Of a DNA stretch of 64,000 nt, positions 12,460 to 24,673 are shown one piece after another. The stretch is from Zygnema circumcarinatum SAG 698-1b (taxonomy: Eukaryota; Plantae; Zygnematophyceae): assembly GCA_037447605.1 (NCBI GenBank), contig CM074804.1, forward strand, positions 3,821,909 through 3,885,908. The letters run 5' to 3'. The notes beneath the pieces are model-generated. The model worked only from the letters and a program-made list of their open reading frames with translations. It did no database searches and had not been told where the DNA came from. Made by a program: the position numbers and the translations under genes. How positions within the stretch are numbered: the first letter of the stretch is position 1; each line of letters starts with the position of its first letter.

Positions 12460-13604
12460 GCCAGCCAATAGCTTTGAGTGGTTCGTTTGTATTTTTAGGT
12501 CACGTGAAAGCAATACACATCACATGGTACTGAAGGACGGTGCATCTTGCCAGCACTTACGTGTCCAATCTCTTTGAAAAGTTGCGTCATTTCCGTCTAC
12601 CTCAATTTAATACCTACAGTACTAGCTCTTGTTGGTTTATTGTTATTGCTTTTTTCAGTTTCTGAATGGACGATTTTAGTCTTTGTCTTCGTTTTGGTTT
12701 GTTCACTTTGTGAATGGATAATTCCCTGCAGTAAAGCGCTGCGTTGTACTTCCTCATTCAGCTCTTCCTAAAAGTCTCACAACCTGCCATAGGCCACAGC
12801 ACTGCACCATGCGACTGCACATGAAAGAGCAGACACGGTTGCCCCCACAAGCGCCATGTGGCTGGCTCGCATTGCCCTCCGCTCCGCTTGCTACCAACTG
12901 CTTCTACCCATAGCCAATGCTCAGGGAAGTTCCGTGGGAGAAGGGGCATCGAGCACACTTTCGGTCTCGCATTACTTTTGAAGTCCATAAAGAATGTGGG
13001 GGGGAATGCGTGAAAGGAGTGAAGGAGGGAGCCACACTTTGCACAGAGCCATCGTCATAAAGTCTTTTCAGCCTCCCAAGCAGTTTGATGGCTACTGATC
13101 TTTTTGAAATTCCACGGTTCATTTTGGACAGCCTACTAAGGCGTTCAAACCACATCAGGGTCATCATGGTTTGCACATCGAGATCCGGATTTGAAGGGCA
13201 CACGCACGAAGGCTGTGAAGCATCACCCTTCACTAGAGGCACAACACGAGCTACTGGATGTAGTATACATAGGAAAGAGATCCTGAACTTATTCTTCCGC
13301 TTGTACAAAGGCGCTACTTTCACTCCCCTAACAAACAAGCCGGCCTGAAGCTTCTCGTAAGACTCGATCGGCTCTCACTCGGCGCATCGCTTGACAGGCA
13401 CAGATCCTATGCCAGATCTCCATTTGAGCTTTTGGCAAAAACCACCTTGCCCGAGGTACGTGCTGCTTGCCACCCCTTAAATCACAAGTAAAGCATACAA
13501 AAAAAGCTGAGTAGAGGCTCCTGGGACTTACCTATAAACACCAACTGACTGCCTATTTGACCCGCTTTGGGTTCTTGCATCGTTGCATCCCTTCAGCTAC
13601 TGCT

Positions 13605-15719
13605 TTACTCCGACTTCTCGTCAGGTTGCAGAGAGCCGATCCCCAGCATGGCTCCCATTTGAACCCCCACTCCATTCTCTCCACCACTTGATAGCGGATG
13701 GAATGCTGAGGGGTGGAAAGGCTGCCCAAGACCATAGTGACCATCTATGCCGCCTGTTGGCATGGAGGGCGCAAACCCCCTGTTCGCAGCGTCTCCCTGA
13801 GTCCTCCCCTGCGCTGCCAGGGAGGGGCTAGATGCTCCACCTTGTCCTGAAGTCGCGTGCTGAGAAGGGCTCCGGTTTTCGCTTTGAGCTTTCATCTGCC
13901 CGCTGCCTTCAGATTGCCCATCACTGTCTCCGTCCTGGCTGCCATCTTTAGGTTTCGTGTTTAAGAAACGACCCCCGCAGCCTCGTGCTCTACGAAGTGC
14001 GTGTTGATGTCGTGACTCGTGTAAATACGGCTGGGCATGACGAAGAAATAAAAAGAGCATTGAGGAGAAGTGTATCTGCCTCTAAAGTACTGTTACTGTA
14101 GCAACCAATACAATCGGCTCACTGATAAAGAAAGACGACAGAAATTGTGCACTACTAATCGACAACTTTATTCACTGATAAATCACCATAAGGTCCTCCT
14201 TGGACTTTTCCATACACAGACACAGGATGTGTGAATATCAGAGTAGCAGAAGTTGATGATAGATTCAAAAGGAGATTATAACTTGCTTTCCCTTGAAAAA
14301 AAATTGGATGGAGAAAACTTCAGAGGGAACACAGTGCTGCATCGGCAATATGTCGTCAATCAAGTGCGGGTGATTTAAAAGCCAAGAATGCTGCCACACA
14401 AACACTTCGTGAATACTTTATAAAACAGGCAATCGACCAACAGATGAGGTCATAACTGACACAACATTGCGGCGTGCAGGCTCACCTTCCTGCTCTTGAT
14501 CAATCGATTTTCTGACTCTGCTTTGGCCCGAGATTGCCGCCGTCGAAGAATCCCGTGATACTGCTTAGCATTGACATATACCGGCTCCTCCTCCATTATT
14601 TCTGTAGGAAGTGGCATGCGAGCTTGCTGCACCCCAACAAGATGAGGAGGCATCTGCAGTTCCAACAATAGTGTACCAAGAGCAGAGTTTGAAATGAGTC
14701 TGGAATCCATGAGATAACTGCTACTGCTACTGCTCTCATTCGTCAACTTCCACAGGTGGATGACCGCGAGTTGCAAGGCTGTCACAATGTCGCAGACAAC
14801 CCCAACTCGTTCAGAAAAAGGACCAAGATAGGAATCAAACAAAATCTTTCAATGAGGACTCACCAAAGCTTGTGTTCCATATGCCATGGCGAAGTTGCCA
14901 TAATAGGAGTCATAGGGATAGGCCGCCCTCTGCAGAAAGTATTGACCCGCAAGGAGAGTGCTGAACTTAGCTACAGTTAACTTTGCCAACATGCACTTTT
15001 CCATATTCGGCCAAGCACATCACTAGCTTCAATAGGACACGGATAGTTGTGGCTTTACATTGCTCTATCTGCACCAGTGCAAGGAACCCTAAAAGGAGGA
15101 GAAAATCACTCGCATACCAGGGCTGAATTTAATTCCAATTGCGTCCGCGGTAGAATGTATTCTGCACCCATGGTCATGCCCGGTGCAGGAGCAACTTGCT
15201 GGTGCTGATGGTCTTCCTGAACTCCAGTTGTCTCATAGCCTGCGAAGTTAACAAATATCCCTTGACTTCAGCTGGAACAGCTAATCAGTCTAACCCAACT
15301 TTCAACTTTTGTTCCAATACCTCTATTCAGAGCCAAAGATGCAAAGTCCCCCTGAATGCTGAGCATGGCTATCAAAATGCGCGCTCAGGCTCAACGAATG
15401 ATGCAAATAACTCGAGCAGCGTAGGTGTCATTAAGAACCCCGGGGAGCCAGCTCTGCCCAGCATTCAGATGAGACTCTAACAGGAAATTCCTCCGCGCAC
15501 TCCGAGAGACATGAGATTAGGGTGGGACATGGCACATTGAAACCCTGACTACTGAGTTAGGGCACAACATGAGCATGAGCAAGGATCTCCATCCAAGTGG
15601 ATGAACGCTTCACTCATAACCCCACACACAAACCCTAAAGAAAATATAACCGTTTCTGACGGAAAAATTCATGTGTTCTACGCTAACAGTGGCAACAGCG
15701 GACCTGATTGTGTCGCCAT
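13605..15719 (-). CDS. NF-YA: Nuclear transcription factor Y subunit A (CCAAT-binding factor B/HAP2 family), 5 coding exons; long 5' leader extending to about 16750
   Basis: MATQSG|YETTG...[15 protein letters not shown]|[22 protein letters not shown]|[56 protein letters not shown]|[26 protein letters not shown]: canonical NF-YA A1/A2 helices. Confidence 0.96.
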
Positions 15720-15849
15720 GGAAACAGCGCAGCTGCTCTCCCCTCGCAATCTTGGAATGCCGTCCGCGATAGTCTGAGCAGCGCCAGCGGGATGTAGCGT
15801 CTACAGGAGGCCGAGTTCAAGGTAGTCCCTCGACACTATCGAAATTAGG

Positions 15850-16330
15850 GTTACAGTAAGCGGAACGGAAGGGGTAGGAAAGAGGAGAAAAGGAATGGAG
15901 AACGTCAGACTGAGGAGTCGAGAAAAAGACCGGAGAAAGATAGGAGAGGGGGGGAGAGGAGAAAGGGGAAGTGGAAAGGAAGTGAAGGGAAAACAAGGAA
16001 AGGGAAGGGAAGTGACGGGAAGGGAAGGGAAAAGGAGGAGAGGGGAGGAAGGACAAGGACGGAAACGGAGAGAAAGTTGAGGGAAGGGGCCGGCGGAGGT
16101 TAGGGGATGGCAAAGGGCGGAGGTGTGATGGGGAGTGGGGAGGGGGGGGGGGAGGGGGGCGTGCGTTGGTAAGAAGAAAGAGAAGGGGCTGGAAAAAGAA
16201 AGAGGAGCGGCTAACAGTGAATGGAGAGTATATGAAGAAAAGAGTAGAAAGAGTGTAGGCGAAGGCAGGGAAGGAATGGACGGAAGAGAAATCGAGGGAA
16301 GCAATGGGCCGACAAGGAAGCGCGCAGCGG
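15850..16330. repeat. G/A-rich low-complexity tract (C/T-rich on the NF-YA sense strand) in the NF-YA leader
   Basis: Direct reading; further (GGGA)n and (GGCA)n microsatellites at 16465-16560 and 16655-16693. Confidence 0.8.
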
Positions 16331-17589
16331 GCAGACAGCAGCCCGGGAGCGAACAAAGAACGAGACTAGCGGAGGAGGCGGCGGGATGAAAAGCCGACGA
16401 GTCGTCGCGGGAGGCCAAGTGAAGCGCGCGGACCCCGCTGCCAGACGGTCAAAACGCGCGGCGGGACAGGCAGGCAGGCAGGCATACAATAAAAGAAGGA
16501 AGCGCGAGGCAGGGCAGCGCCTATTGCCTGCCTGCCTGCCACCTGCTGCCTGCTGCCTGCTGCCTGCGAAGGGAGGAGGGCGCGGGAGGGAGGAGAGGGG
16601 AAGGAAGGGGAGGGGCAACGCAGCGCAGCGCCCTGGGGGGGTGCGGTCTCGGGGGGGAGGGAGGGAGGGAGGGAGGGAGGGAGGGAGGGAGGGAGCTGCC
16701 TGGCTCGTCTCCGTACGCCCGTACTGTGCCGTACGTAGTGGTACGGTCGATCCCGGGACTTGGAAGCGCAAGCGCGCATTGTGCCCTGGCGCCCTCGCTC
16801 CGACTTTCAAACTCCGAAGTTCAAACTTGAAAGTTTCAAAAAGCTGCGGCCTGGAACCTGGAGGGACGCGCGCACACGCTGCAAAGGGAGGGAGGGAGGG
16901 AGGGAAGGAGGGAGGGAGGGAGGGGGGCGGGGCGCGCGGCCGCACGGGTCGGTCTGAATGTGCAGGGAGGGAACCAAGGCATGTGCGGGACTGCTGGTTT
17001 AATAAAAAGGAGGAAAATGGCATTGAACTCACGATACTCGCGAGTACTGTACTCGGACTGCGGTGGCGTATGGACTGTGGGGATTTGGATGGAGGGTAGC
17101 CGACCGTGGCTCATGTCATGGCTGCACGGTTTAGGGTTAAGGGTTTGGCCATGTTGGGTTTATAGGTTTCAGATGGTTTGAGGGGCTTCTGCTACCTTGG
17201 TGTGTCGTGCCTTCTGTGAGACAATGTTGTTAGACTCGCGGCAATGTTTTTCCATGGTCTTTAAGAACAACACGAGTCAGAATGGTTTGACGCGCCGTAG
17301 TGTTATTTACTCGCAGACCCAACTTTTGCTTTATGTGCAAATGTCGCATACATTCTTAATCGCACCAGCTCTGCGCTTCAGCAACTTTTCATTTACAAGG
17401 GAGGAAGCTGGAGTCTCCTCCAAGATTCCGTTGCTGCTTGCGTGCTGTTTAAGGCTGAACCAACATAAGGGGCCTCTAGGCCAACTTGAATCTCAAGATA
17501 AACAATTCTAAAAAGACAATGTACGCCAGTAACTCAACTAATTAGGATACGCGAACGATTATTGGTAAAATCTGTGAGAGCGCGTGGTT

Positions 17590-20500
17590 TCAAGGAGAGT
17601 CAAGCCCTTCTCTCTCTTCAAGTCTGTGGAGCTCCAGCAAATCCCTCAAAAATCTGAGACACAAATACACCACAGCCGCATACATCAGCAACACAGTGGC
17701 ATGTGAATATGTAAGCAGAAGCTCTGTGACAAGGAGAATAGTGTTCGGCAGCAGTCAAGGACAGCCTTGCGGACAGTAGAAGGCATCCACCTGGAAGAGT
17801 TGAGGATTGCAGTTCCTCCCAGAATGACACGAGTACCGGGATTGCTCGCGTTATGTAACGCGACTGTGCGTGCCTCCTCGTATGTAGTTCCCCCCACCAC
17901 AAATATGACCAAGTCCTGAGGTCTGCAGGACACACACTACAACACTTCGAGTCAAGGCAGCAACAAACTCTCATGCACCGGTGCATGTCAATCAGCTGAA
18001 ACAAAACACAATTCAGAGTACATGAAGGTCGAAACCAGGGAGGGTTAGAGCACGAAAGGCAGCTCAATCGGAGCCACCATTTGAATCTTAATAGCATACT
18101 TATGGGCTGCGAAATGGACAACAATACCCACCAAGAGCATGATGCTAAGCTTATTGAAGGGTCTTGGACAAGCAATAGGGCTGCAAATTAGTATCAGAGT
18201 CACACTGCTAAGACACGATTACATTCATACAAACGAAGCGCAGGGAGGAAACAACGCACCGCCCCTGTTGAAAGTGATTGCCAACAAAGGGGTAGTCGAT
18301 ATCTCGAAGTCTGCCTTTCACCGCCCCTTCAATGGTTTGCAACAGGAGGGGCTGATGTTGCGTGTACACATTCTCTACACCCTGACCTCCCCAACCTGCC
18401 AAGAGATTACAAGTTGAATGCAAGATGGAGACCACTACACCTGCAAACGAATACGTGGATGCAATCAAGCAGATCGTCGTGATAGCTGGACAGGGACAGG
18501 AAATCACCTTTAAACCACGCTTGACATTGCGAGCCACGAGGTTGAAGAGATCCTTATTGCCGAACAAGTCGCCAGTGCGTTTGTCGGCCCCACATTGCCG
18601 GAGTAGCGTATACACAAGCTGCGAGTCATGGAAGCAAACATCTCGGCAGAATATCAGGAAAATGAATGACAAACCCAGAAGTCAGATGTAAAGCTGCTGC
18701 AACATTGCCAGCGGCCAGGGGATCTGACTCGACAGAATGCATGCATTTTTGTTCAGTTGAAGTCCTCGGCCCTACATACAGCAGGCTTATATGTGCTCGG
18801 TTTCGATGCCAGCTTTGTCATCAGCATCTCTAGCTGTCTGGGGTTCTCCTTCTCATATCGCAAAGCGTACAGCATGACAAGGCGCAGTCTGTCCACGTCC
18901 TCCACGCGCTCGTTGTTTAGCTGCGCCATCACTGCCTGTGAAGCACAGGACAACTCATGTGACGCACTGCAAAATGCGCCCATCAGGTCGAAACCGATGT
19001 CCTGCTGCAGTACTGCGATCCACTGCCACAACAACAGCATTTTTCCCAGTAGAATACTTGCAAAGTGCAGGTAAAATGCTGCAGCGCACCTCAAAAGCAG
19101 CTGCTTGGCCAGTGGAGCATGCAAGCTCCTGCTCGGTCTGTGATACCGACATTAGCTGCCGCGCATCCACGCATCTCTGCAACTCCGACATGATTGCCAC
19201 GTGCTTGGAAACATTTCCAGCCTGCTTGCGATATTCTGGGTATGCCTCAAGCACCTGTGCCATATCCTCTGCCCCATTCATCAGGAAGCCAAACACTGTC
19301 AGCAGTCCAGAAATACAAAGTTGTCAGCGACTTCACATATGCTGCTACCTAAAGGAACCGAGCAGTTCCAAGACTTGCAGCGATTTTCAGGGACGGCTAT
19401 AACGCCCATGTCCTGATTCCCAACTTCATTTGTCTAACAAAACCTTAGATTTCAAAAAGGGTGTGGTAGATTGCTGCATTAACGAGACCAATGCTTGCCT
19501 TCTCGCAACAGCTCAAGCCTGGGTCAGCTGAGCAAATGGCTCACCAAGAGATTGCAGTTTCTTGTTCCGTTGATCCTTTTGCTGGAGGTCGTTAACCAGC
19601 TTTGCAATGTTGCTGCCCACGTCTCCAAAATTCTCATACATGTTTGCCTTGAAGTTTTCATCTTGCGATGCTGACATGACAAATTCCTGTAGCACAGCCA
19701 TCCCATACCGCGTCCCCGAAGGTTTAATCCGCAGCCTCGCGTTCAAATCTGACACTAAAGAGTCAGAGGACTAAACTGGACAGGAACTCTTAACGGGATC
19801 CTGCCTTTCATGGATGATAGCCAAAAAATACATGTCGTAGCTCACTACTTCCCAAGAGCAACAACGCTCTCTCTAGCTAAAAGGAACTCAACAAGGCAAA
19901 AACACTCTTATCAGTCACCTGGCTGAAGTTCAACAATTTAACCGTGGGTTTTTAGCGTTCATACCTTCTGGTCTTCCACCACGTGCGAAGCATGCTTTAG
20001 GTTCACGCGGTTGTCCTTAATCTCAATGAGCTCGTGCACCATGGCCTAGCATTGTGAACGATCAGTTAGTACAGACCCAACGCAACAGTATGCTGAGTGA
20101 CAAAGCGGCACAGCCTGGAGACGAAGATGAAAGAGGAGAAGAGGCGACGAACAAAACAGAAACAGGCAGTGAAAACTATACGGAAAGAGTTGCAACTACG
20201 TGTTTGGCTCCTTTTAATCGAGATGTGAGTAACTCAGCTAACTCAGTGAAGACAAATGATTTATAAAGTAGAACAAAGACAGCGACACTCTGGCAGACGC
20301 GCCCATAAGCATGAATAACTTGCACAGCATATATGTACAAGAAAAAATGGCATAACATGCCATAGTATGGAACAGCCTATTACATATCCGTAGGGACAGT
20401 TTATCTCATTCCATTCACGTAGGGTTTATCCCCAACCATTAATGCTTTGGTGAAGGAAAAGGACGCAACTTGTTTGAGTTTTTCTACAACAAAACCTTCA

Positions 20501-23102
20501 TCTACTCGGAGATTGAACATGATTAAGACAAACCTTACCAGTGACCCTTTGCAAAATCCTTGCCATTGTAATCATGCTTTCCGCAATCAGTCTTGACAGC
20601 TCTCCTGCTAGAGCAAGGATCAAGTAAATTGTAGGAGGAGAAAGCCCACACCTGATAAGTCCACTGGTTGAGCAGCGGAGTGACCGGGTCATCCCTTCGA
20701 TCCAGCACCAGGAGAAGAGGTGCAGATTCACTACGTCTGAAGTCAAAAAGTGGCTTTTCCTTCTCATACATAAGCTTCTGCAAAATTGCAATAAAGCAAG
20801 TCACTCCGCAACTTAGGCAGCATAACTGGGGCTTGATTAGCAAAAGCGAGACGGGAAGTTCGCTAGAGCCTGAAGCCTACCCCTGCCTCGTGGGCCACTC
20901 GTCGTGCAGCCTCTGAGCCTTGTTGATATCGTACCACAGGTCGCTTCTTTAACGAAAGAAAAACTGCAGCGATGGCTTCTACACTTCTTTCAAGGATGCG
21001 TTGCACATTCTGCGTATCAAATGAGAATGGGATGTACGATAAATGGTTCCTAGACGCGTTGATTGTGAAGTGGTAGGGGTCCACGGCAAAATAATCACCG
21101 TAATATTCCTGCACCATCAAACGGATATTAATCTGAAAAAAGTTTCATCGTGTACAGGTCTATACTGAGACTACAGAGTGAGACAAACTAGGAGTGAAAC
21201 TGAAACTGCAGCTTCACCTGCACTTGCTTGACAATCTCCCCTTCATCCGCATCAGCAAGGATGTGCAAGAATGTGCTACTGATGATGTTCGAAAAAACTG
21301 CAACCGAACAAAGCCCACACATCTGGTAAGCTGTGCTTCATTCCAAACATCCTTGAGTTACCTGCCAAGGATCCTAGTCTTTCACCAAGACCATCTGCGG
21401 ATTCGTGTATGTACATTTTATGAGACTTTGTAGAGAATATGATCAATAACCTCCCCCTGACACTGTGAAGCAAGCAAGTGGAATCCACAATCCATCAATG
21501 AAACAAATAGTACCAGCTAAGCTAAACGGACAAATTGCTAATTTTAGCGAAACATTAACCCGCTTCTGTTCTTCAATCACATCACCTCTAACCCTAGAAA
21601 GAAAAAGAAAGAAAAAAGAAAGGTGTAGAAAGTTAAAAAGTACGTGTGAATACAATGTGCATCAGGAAGAGGCAGATTAAAGTACCCCCATTCAACTTGC
21701 ACTCAGTAAGTTCAGGTCAGACCGCTTGCTTTCCTCCCATCATGTCTCGATTATTCTAGGTCCTCTCATATATTGTTCTGGCAGGAAGCAATGCGTACAG
21801 TATAAATGGTATGCACCGCTTTCTATTTTAAACAAGCCAACGCTGTTGCCAAGTTACTGTTGCCAAGTTAACTAGAAAATCCGATTGAATTCATCTCAGT
21901 CCCCTCTCCAATCTGTCCAAACACTATGTTCTGGATTTCCAGAGCCTAGAAGTACAATTCGTCAAAGCACCCGTTTCACTAATTGCATCCGCATTTTTTT
22001 TTTAAATGTCCAGCAACTTCTTCTTGCCTCAATTTACGTTATTCCTTGTGAAGTTTCCAGTTCACGTGACCTGATGTAACTTTTTAGATGTAACCGTCAG
22101 CAGATGATTAAAGGAGCTGTTCAAAAGAGAAAAATATCCTGCAATAAATTTTCGTAAGTTGTTATTGCAATAATGCCATGCCACTTTTACGTTTTCTGGT
22201 GCTAAACGCTCTCCCAAATGGTGCATTTTTACTCTGAGTCGGTTAGTAACGTGCGGCGCATGCGGCTTTGCCAAGCTAATTCAGCGTGATCATTACCCGC
22301 AAAGTGTTGAATTGCTGATTCAGTTTTGACGCGCTCTTTCAAAAGACTATGCGTTTTCACATTGCTCAAACGCCCACTGCCTAGTCATAAAACATTTCGC
22401 AGGTGCTCATGCAAATTAGTTGCATGTCCTTGAATGACTGATTATGTTCAAGGTGTCTTTGAAGTAACAGCTGCTAAAAAATAAAATTCATAATCAGCCT
22501 CCGCTGCGGACGTGGCTTTTACGAATCGTGCCGTAAGTTCCTGAGTAAAGCTAAACTAGACAGAATCGCAAAATACTGTACATCCTTGGCTATCTTTCCA
22601 TAGTGGAAAGGGCCTGTGGAATTATTTTAACTGATCACTCATTATTGTATTCAATTCAGCAACCACAAACGCAGAGCAAGATCTGTCATTTTTATCGGCT
22701 GAGCAAATGGGCCATGGTCTTACAAAGATGGTACTCTCCAAATCTCCGCTTGCTCAAGTGCTGCTTCAACATGTTGATGTTCTCGTTGATCGGGCGCAGG
22801 AAGCACACAGCCTTGAGGTGCAGCATCGACTCCTCCGACTTGGCATCGATCTTCTCCACCAGAAACACTTCCTTGTGGAGAATGTCCGACTGGCTGAGAA
22901 TAAGGCTAACTATGCCGAGCTGCCCAAGCCCCTCCCACAGTAAGCACTTCCATCCCTCACGCTTTGCAGAAGCATAGCGTCATCTGCGCAAAGAAGCTGC
23001 GAGCGTCCTCACCGTCTCATTGTCGACTAGGAGCGCCTTGATTCCCGGCACCTCAGTCAGCATGCGCGAAAGATACTCGCGCACTGCACCTGTGAGCGCC
23101 AT
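17590..23102 (-). CDS. VPS45: Sec1/Munc18-family vacuolar protein sorting protein 45, about 13 exons
   Basis: [30 protein letters not shown]|[22 protein letters not shown]...[10 protein letters not shown]...FGEYHLF|FSNII...|[14 protein letters not shown]...[10 protein letters not shown]...|[21 protein letters not shown]|AMVHELI...|[10 protein letters not shown]...|[11 protein letters not shown]...|[13 protein letters not shown]...|[18 protein letters not shown]...[11 protein letters not shown]|RFLRDL*. Confidence 0.97.
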
Positions 23103-23290
23103 GGCGAGGGTAGAAGGAGGTACAGGAATGAGCGAGAGAGGAGGGGAGCGAGAGAGGGGAGCGAGCTCCCCGCGCAGGCAGGCAGGCAGACAGCGCGCGC
23201 TCGCCCTCGCCTCCCCTCGGCCGACCGACCGACCGACAGCGTCACCGCCACAGACGGGGCAACCGCTCCTTTCGCATAGGGGAGGGGAGC

Positions 23291-23352
23291 GCATGGCATG
23301 GCATGGCATGACATGGCATGGCATGGCATGACATGGCGTGGCATGGCATGGC
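23291..23352. repeat. (GCATG)n microsatellite immediately upstream of the VPS45 start region
   Basis: About 12 near-perfect 5-nt units, read directly. Confidence 0.9.
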
Positions 23353-23353
23353 A

Positions 23354-24673
23354 AACTGATAAATCCACGCCTTTTTTGGATCGATACACCCCTTTTTTCG
23401 CCGGGCAAATTTTAAAACGCGAAAAAGGTTTAAAAACGGAAAATGCTTTTTTCACACCTTTTTGGATCGATACAAATCTTTTTCCGTCGGGCAAATTTTA
23501 TTTTACAAAAAAAAGGTCAAAACCCTAAAGAGTGCGTCTGCCCCACCTCCTTGCAAGCAGTTCACAGATCGGACCATTAGACAAACCAGTCGACTGGTTG
23601 GCAACCAGTGGTTGCGGACCGAAACAACCATTCGACTGGTTCGGAACCAGTGATCCAATGGTTGGCAACCATTGAATTTCTGAAATTATGCCTTTTTGCA
23701 AAAATGGGTCGTTTGTGTTTTTTGGTTGGTTGCCAACCGTTGACAACTAGTGTAACAAGCCTGATGCGTACAGATGCGTACGGATTCGTACAGCAGAATC
23801 GTACGGTTGTACGGGGATTTTGTACGGCCGAACCGTAATTGTTTTCTCCGAAACGCCGACGGCATTTTGGTAACTGTAGCGTTCAGTTCGCTACAACTAG
23901 TGATTTAATGGTTGCCAACCATTTGATTTAATGGATATAACCATTCGACTGGTTGCCAACCAGTGCCGCCAGATCGAAACAACCATTCGACTGGTTGCCA
24001 ACCAGTGGTTGCGGACCGAAACAACCAGTCGACTGATTGCCAACCAGTAGACGTCCAACCATTGCCATCCAATGGTTGTCCAATGGTTGCCGATCCACTG
24101 GTCCGAACTGTGAAGCAGTTCGTGTGAGGATCTTTCTAAACTATGGCGGATTCCTCCCCCTCCCCCTCCCTCTTTTGGTGAGTTATTTTGAGTAATTCAT
24201 GCTGGATGGAAATGGAGTAGAGACTTCTGGATGAGTTAGTAATTACATGTTGAGGTTGTCAAATGCACAAGTGTTTTGTTTACTTGGTAAACAATCCAAT
24301 TTATAAGAGTTGAAGAGTTTGCACCGATCTGTAGAGCCGTGGTGTCGCTAAGCCAAGAAGTAGAGTTGTGTGCATGTGATAACATCGCCATTGTAAGTGC
24401 AATGCTTGTCCATTTTACGTCTTTTATGCGAGAAAGGGGCTTTTTTTGGGCTTAAATGAGTTTTTAGGGTTTCGATCCTTTTTTTGTAAAATAAAATCTG
24501 CCCGACCGACTTTTTTTTGTATCGATCCAAAAAAGGTGTGAAAAAAACATTTTTCGTTTCTAAACCCTTTTTTTTTCCTTTTTTTCTCTTTTTTTTCTTT
24601 TGTCTATTATTTAAAATCTGCCCGGCGAACAAAGGGGAGTGTCGATCCAAAAAAAAGGGTGGATTTATCAGTT
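23354..24673. mobile_element. Non-autonomous long-TIR element (foldback/Mutator-like), about 1.3 kb, no coding capacity
   Basis: Left arm 23354-23529 (AACTGATAAATCCAC...GGATCGATACA...GGGCAAATTTTA...AAACCCTAAA) matches the reverse complement of right arm 24463-24673 over about 170 bp, apart from an A/T-run insertion in the right arm. No TSD found. Confidence 0.8.
23563..24112. mobile_element. hAT-type MITE (550 bp) nested in the long-TIR element
   Basis: 14-bp TIRs CACAGATCGGACCA / CACAGTTCGGACCA (13/14 identical); perfect 8-bp TSD AAGCAGTT at 23555-23562 and 24113-24120; many subterminal repeats (AACCATTCGACTGGTT, GGTTGCCAACCA). Confidence 0.85.

Noticed and set aside
12904-13348. Overlapping 144-aa (-) and 87-aa (+) ORFs between RABGGTB and NF-YA
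   Set aside because: No recognisable motifs; located in convergent 3' UTR space.
13000-13600. miR169 target site in the NF-YA 3' UTR
   Set aside because: No sequence complementary to miR169 seen.
23563-24112. CRISPR-like array (repeated AACCATTCGACTGGTT units)
   Set aside because: Eukaryotic context, no unique spacers of constant length, no cas genes; explained as hAT subterminal repeats.
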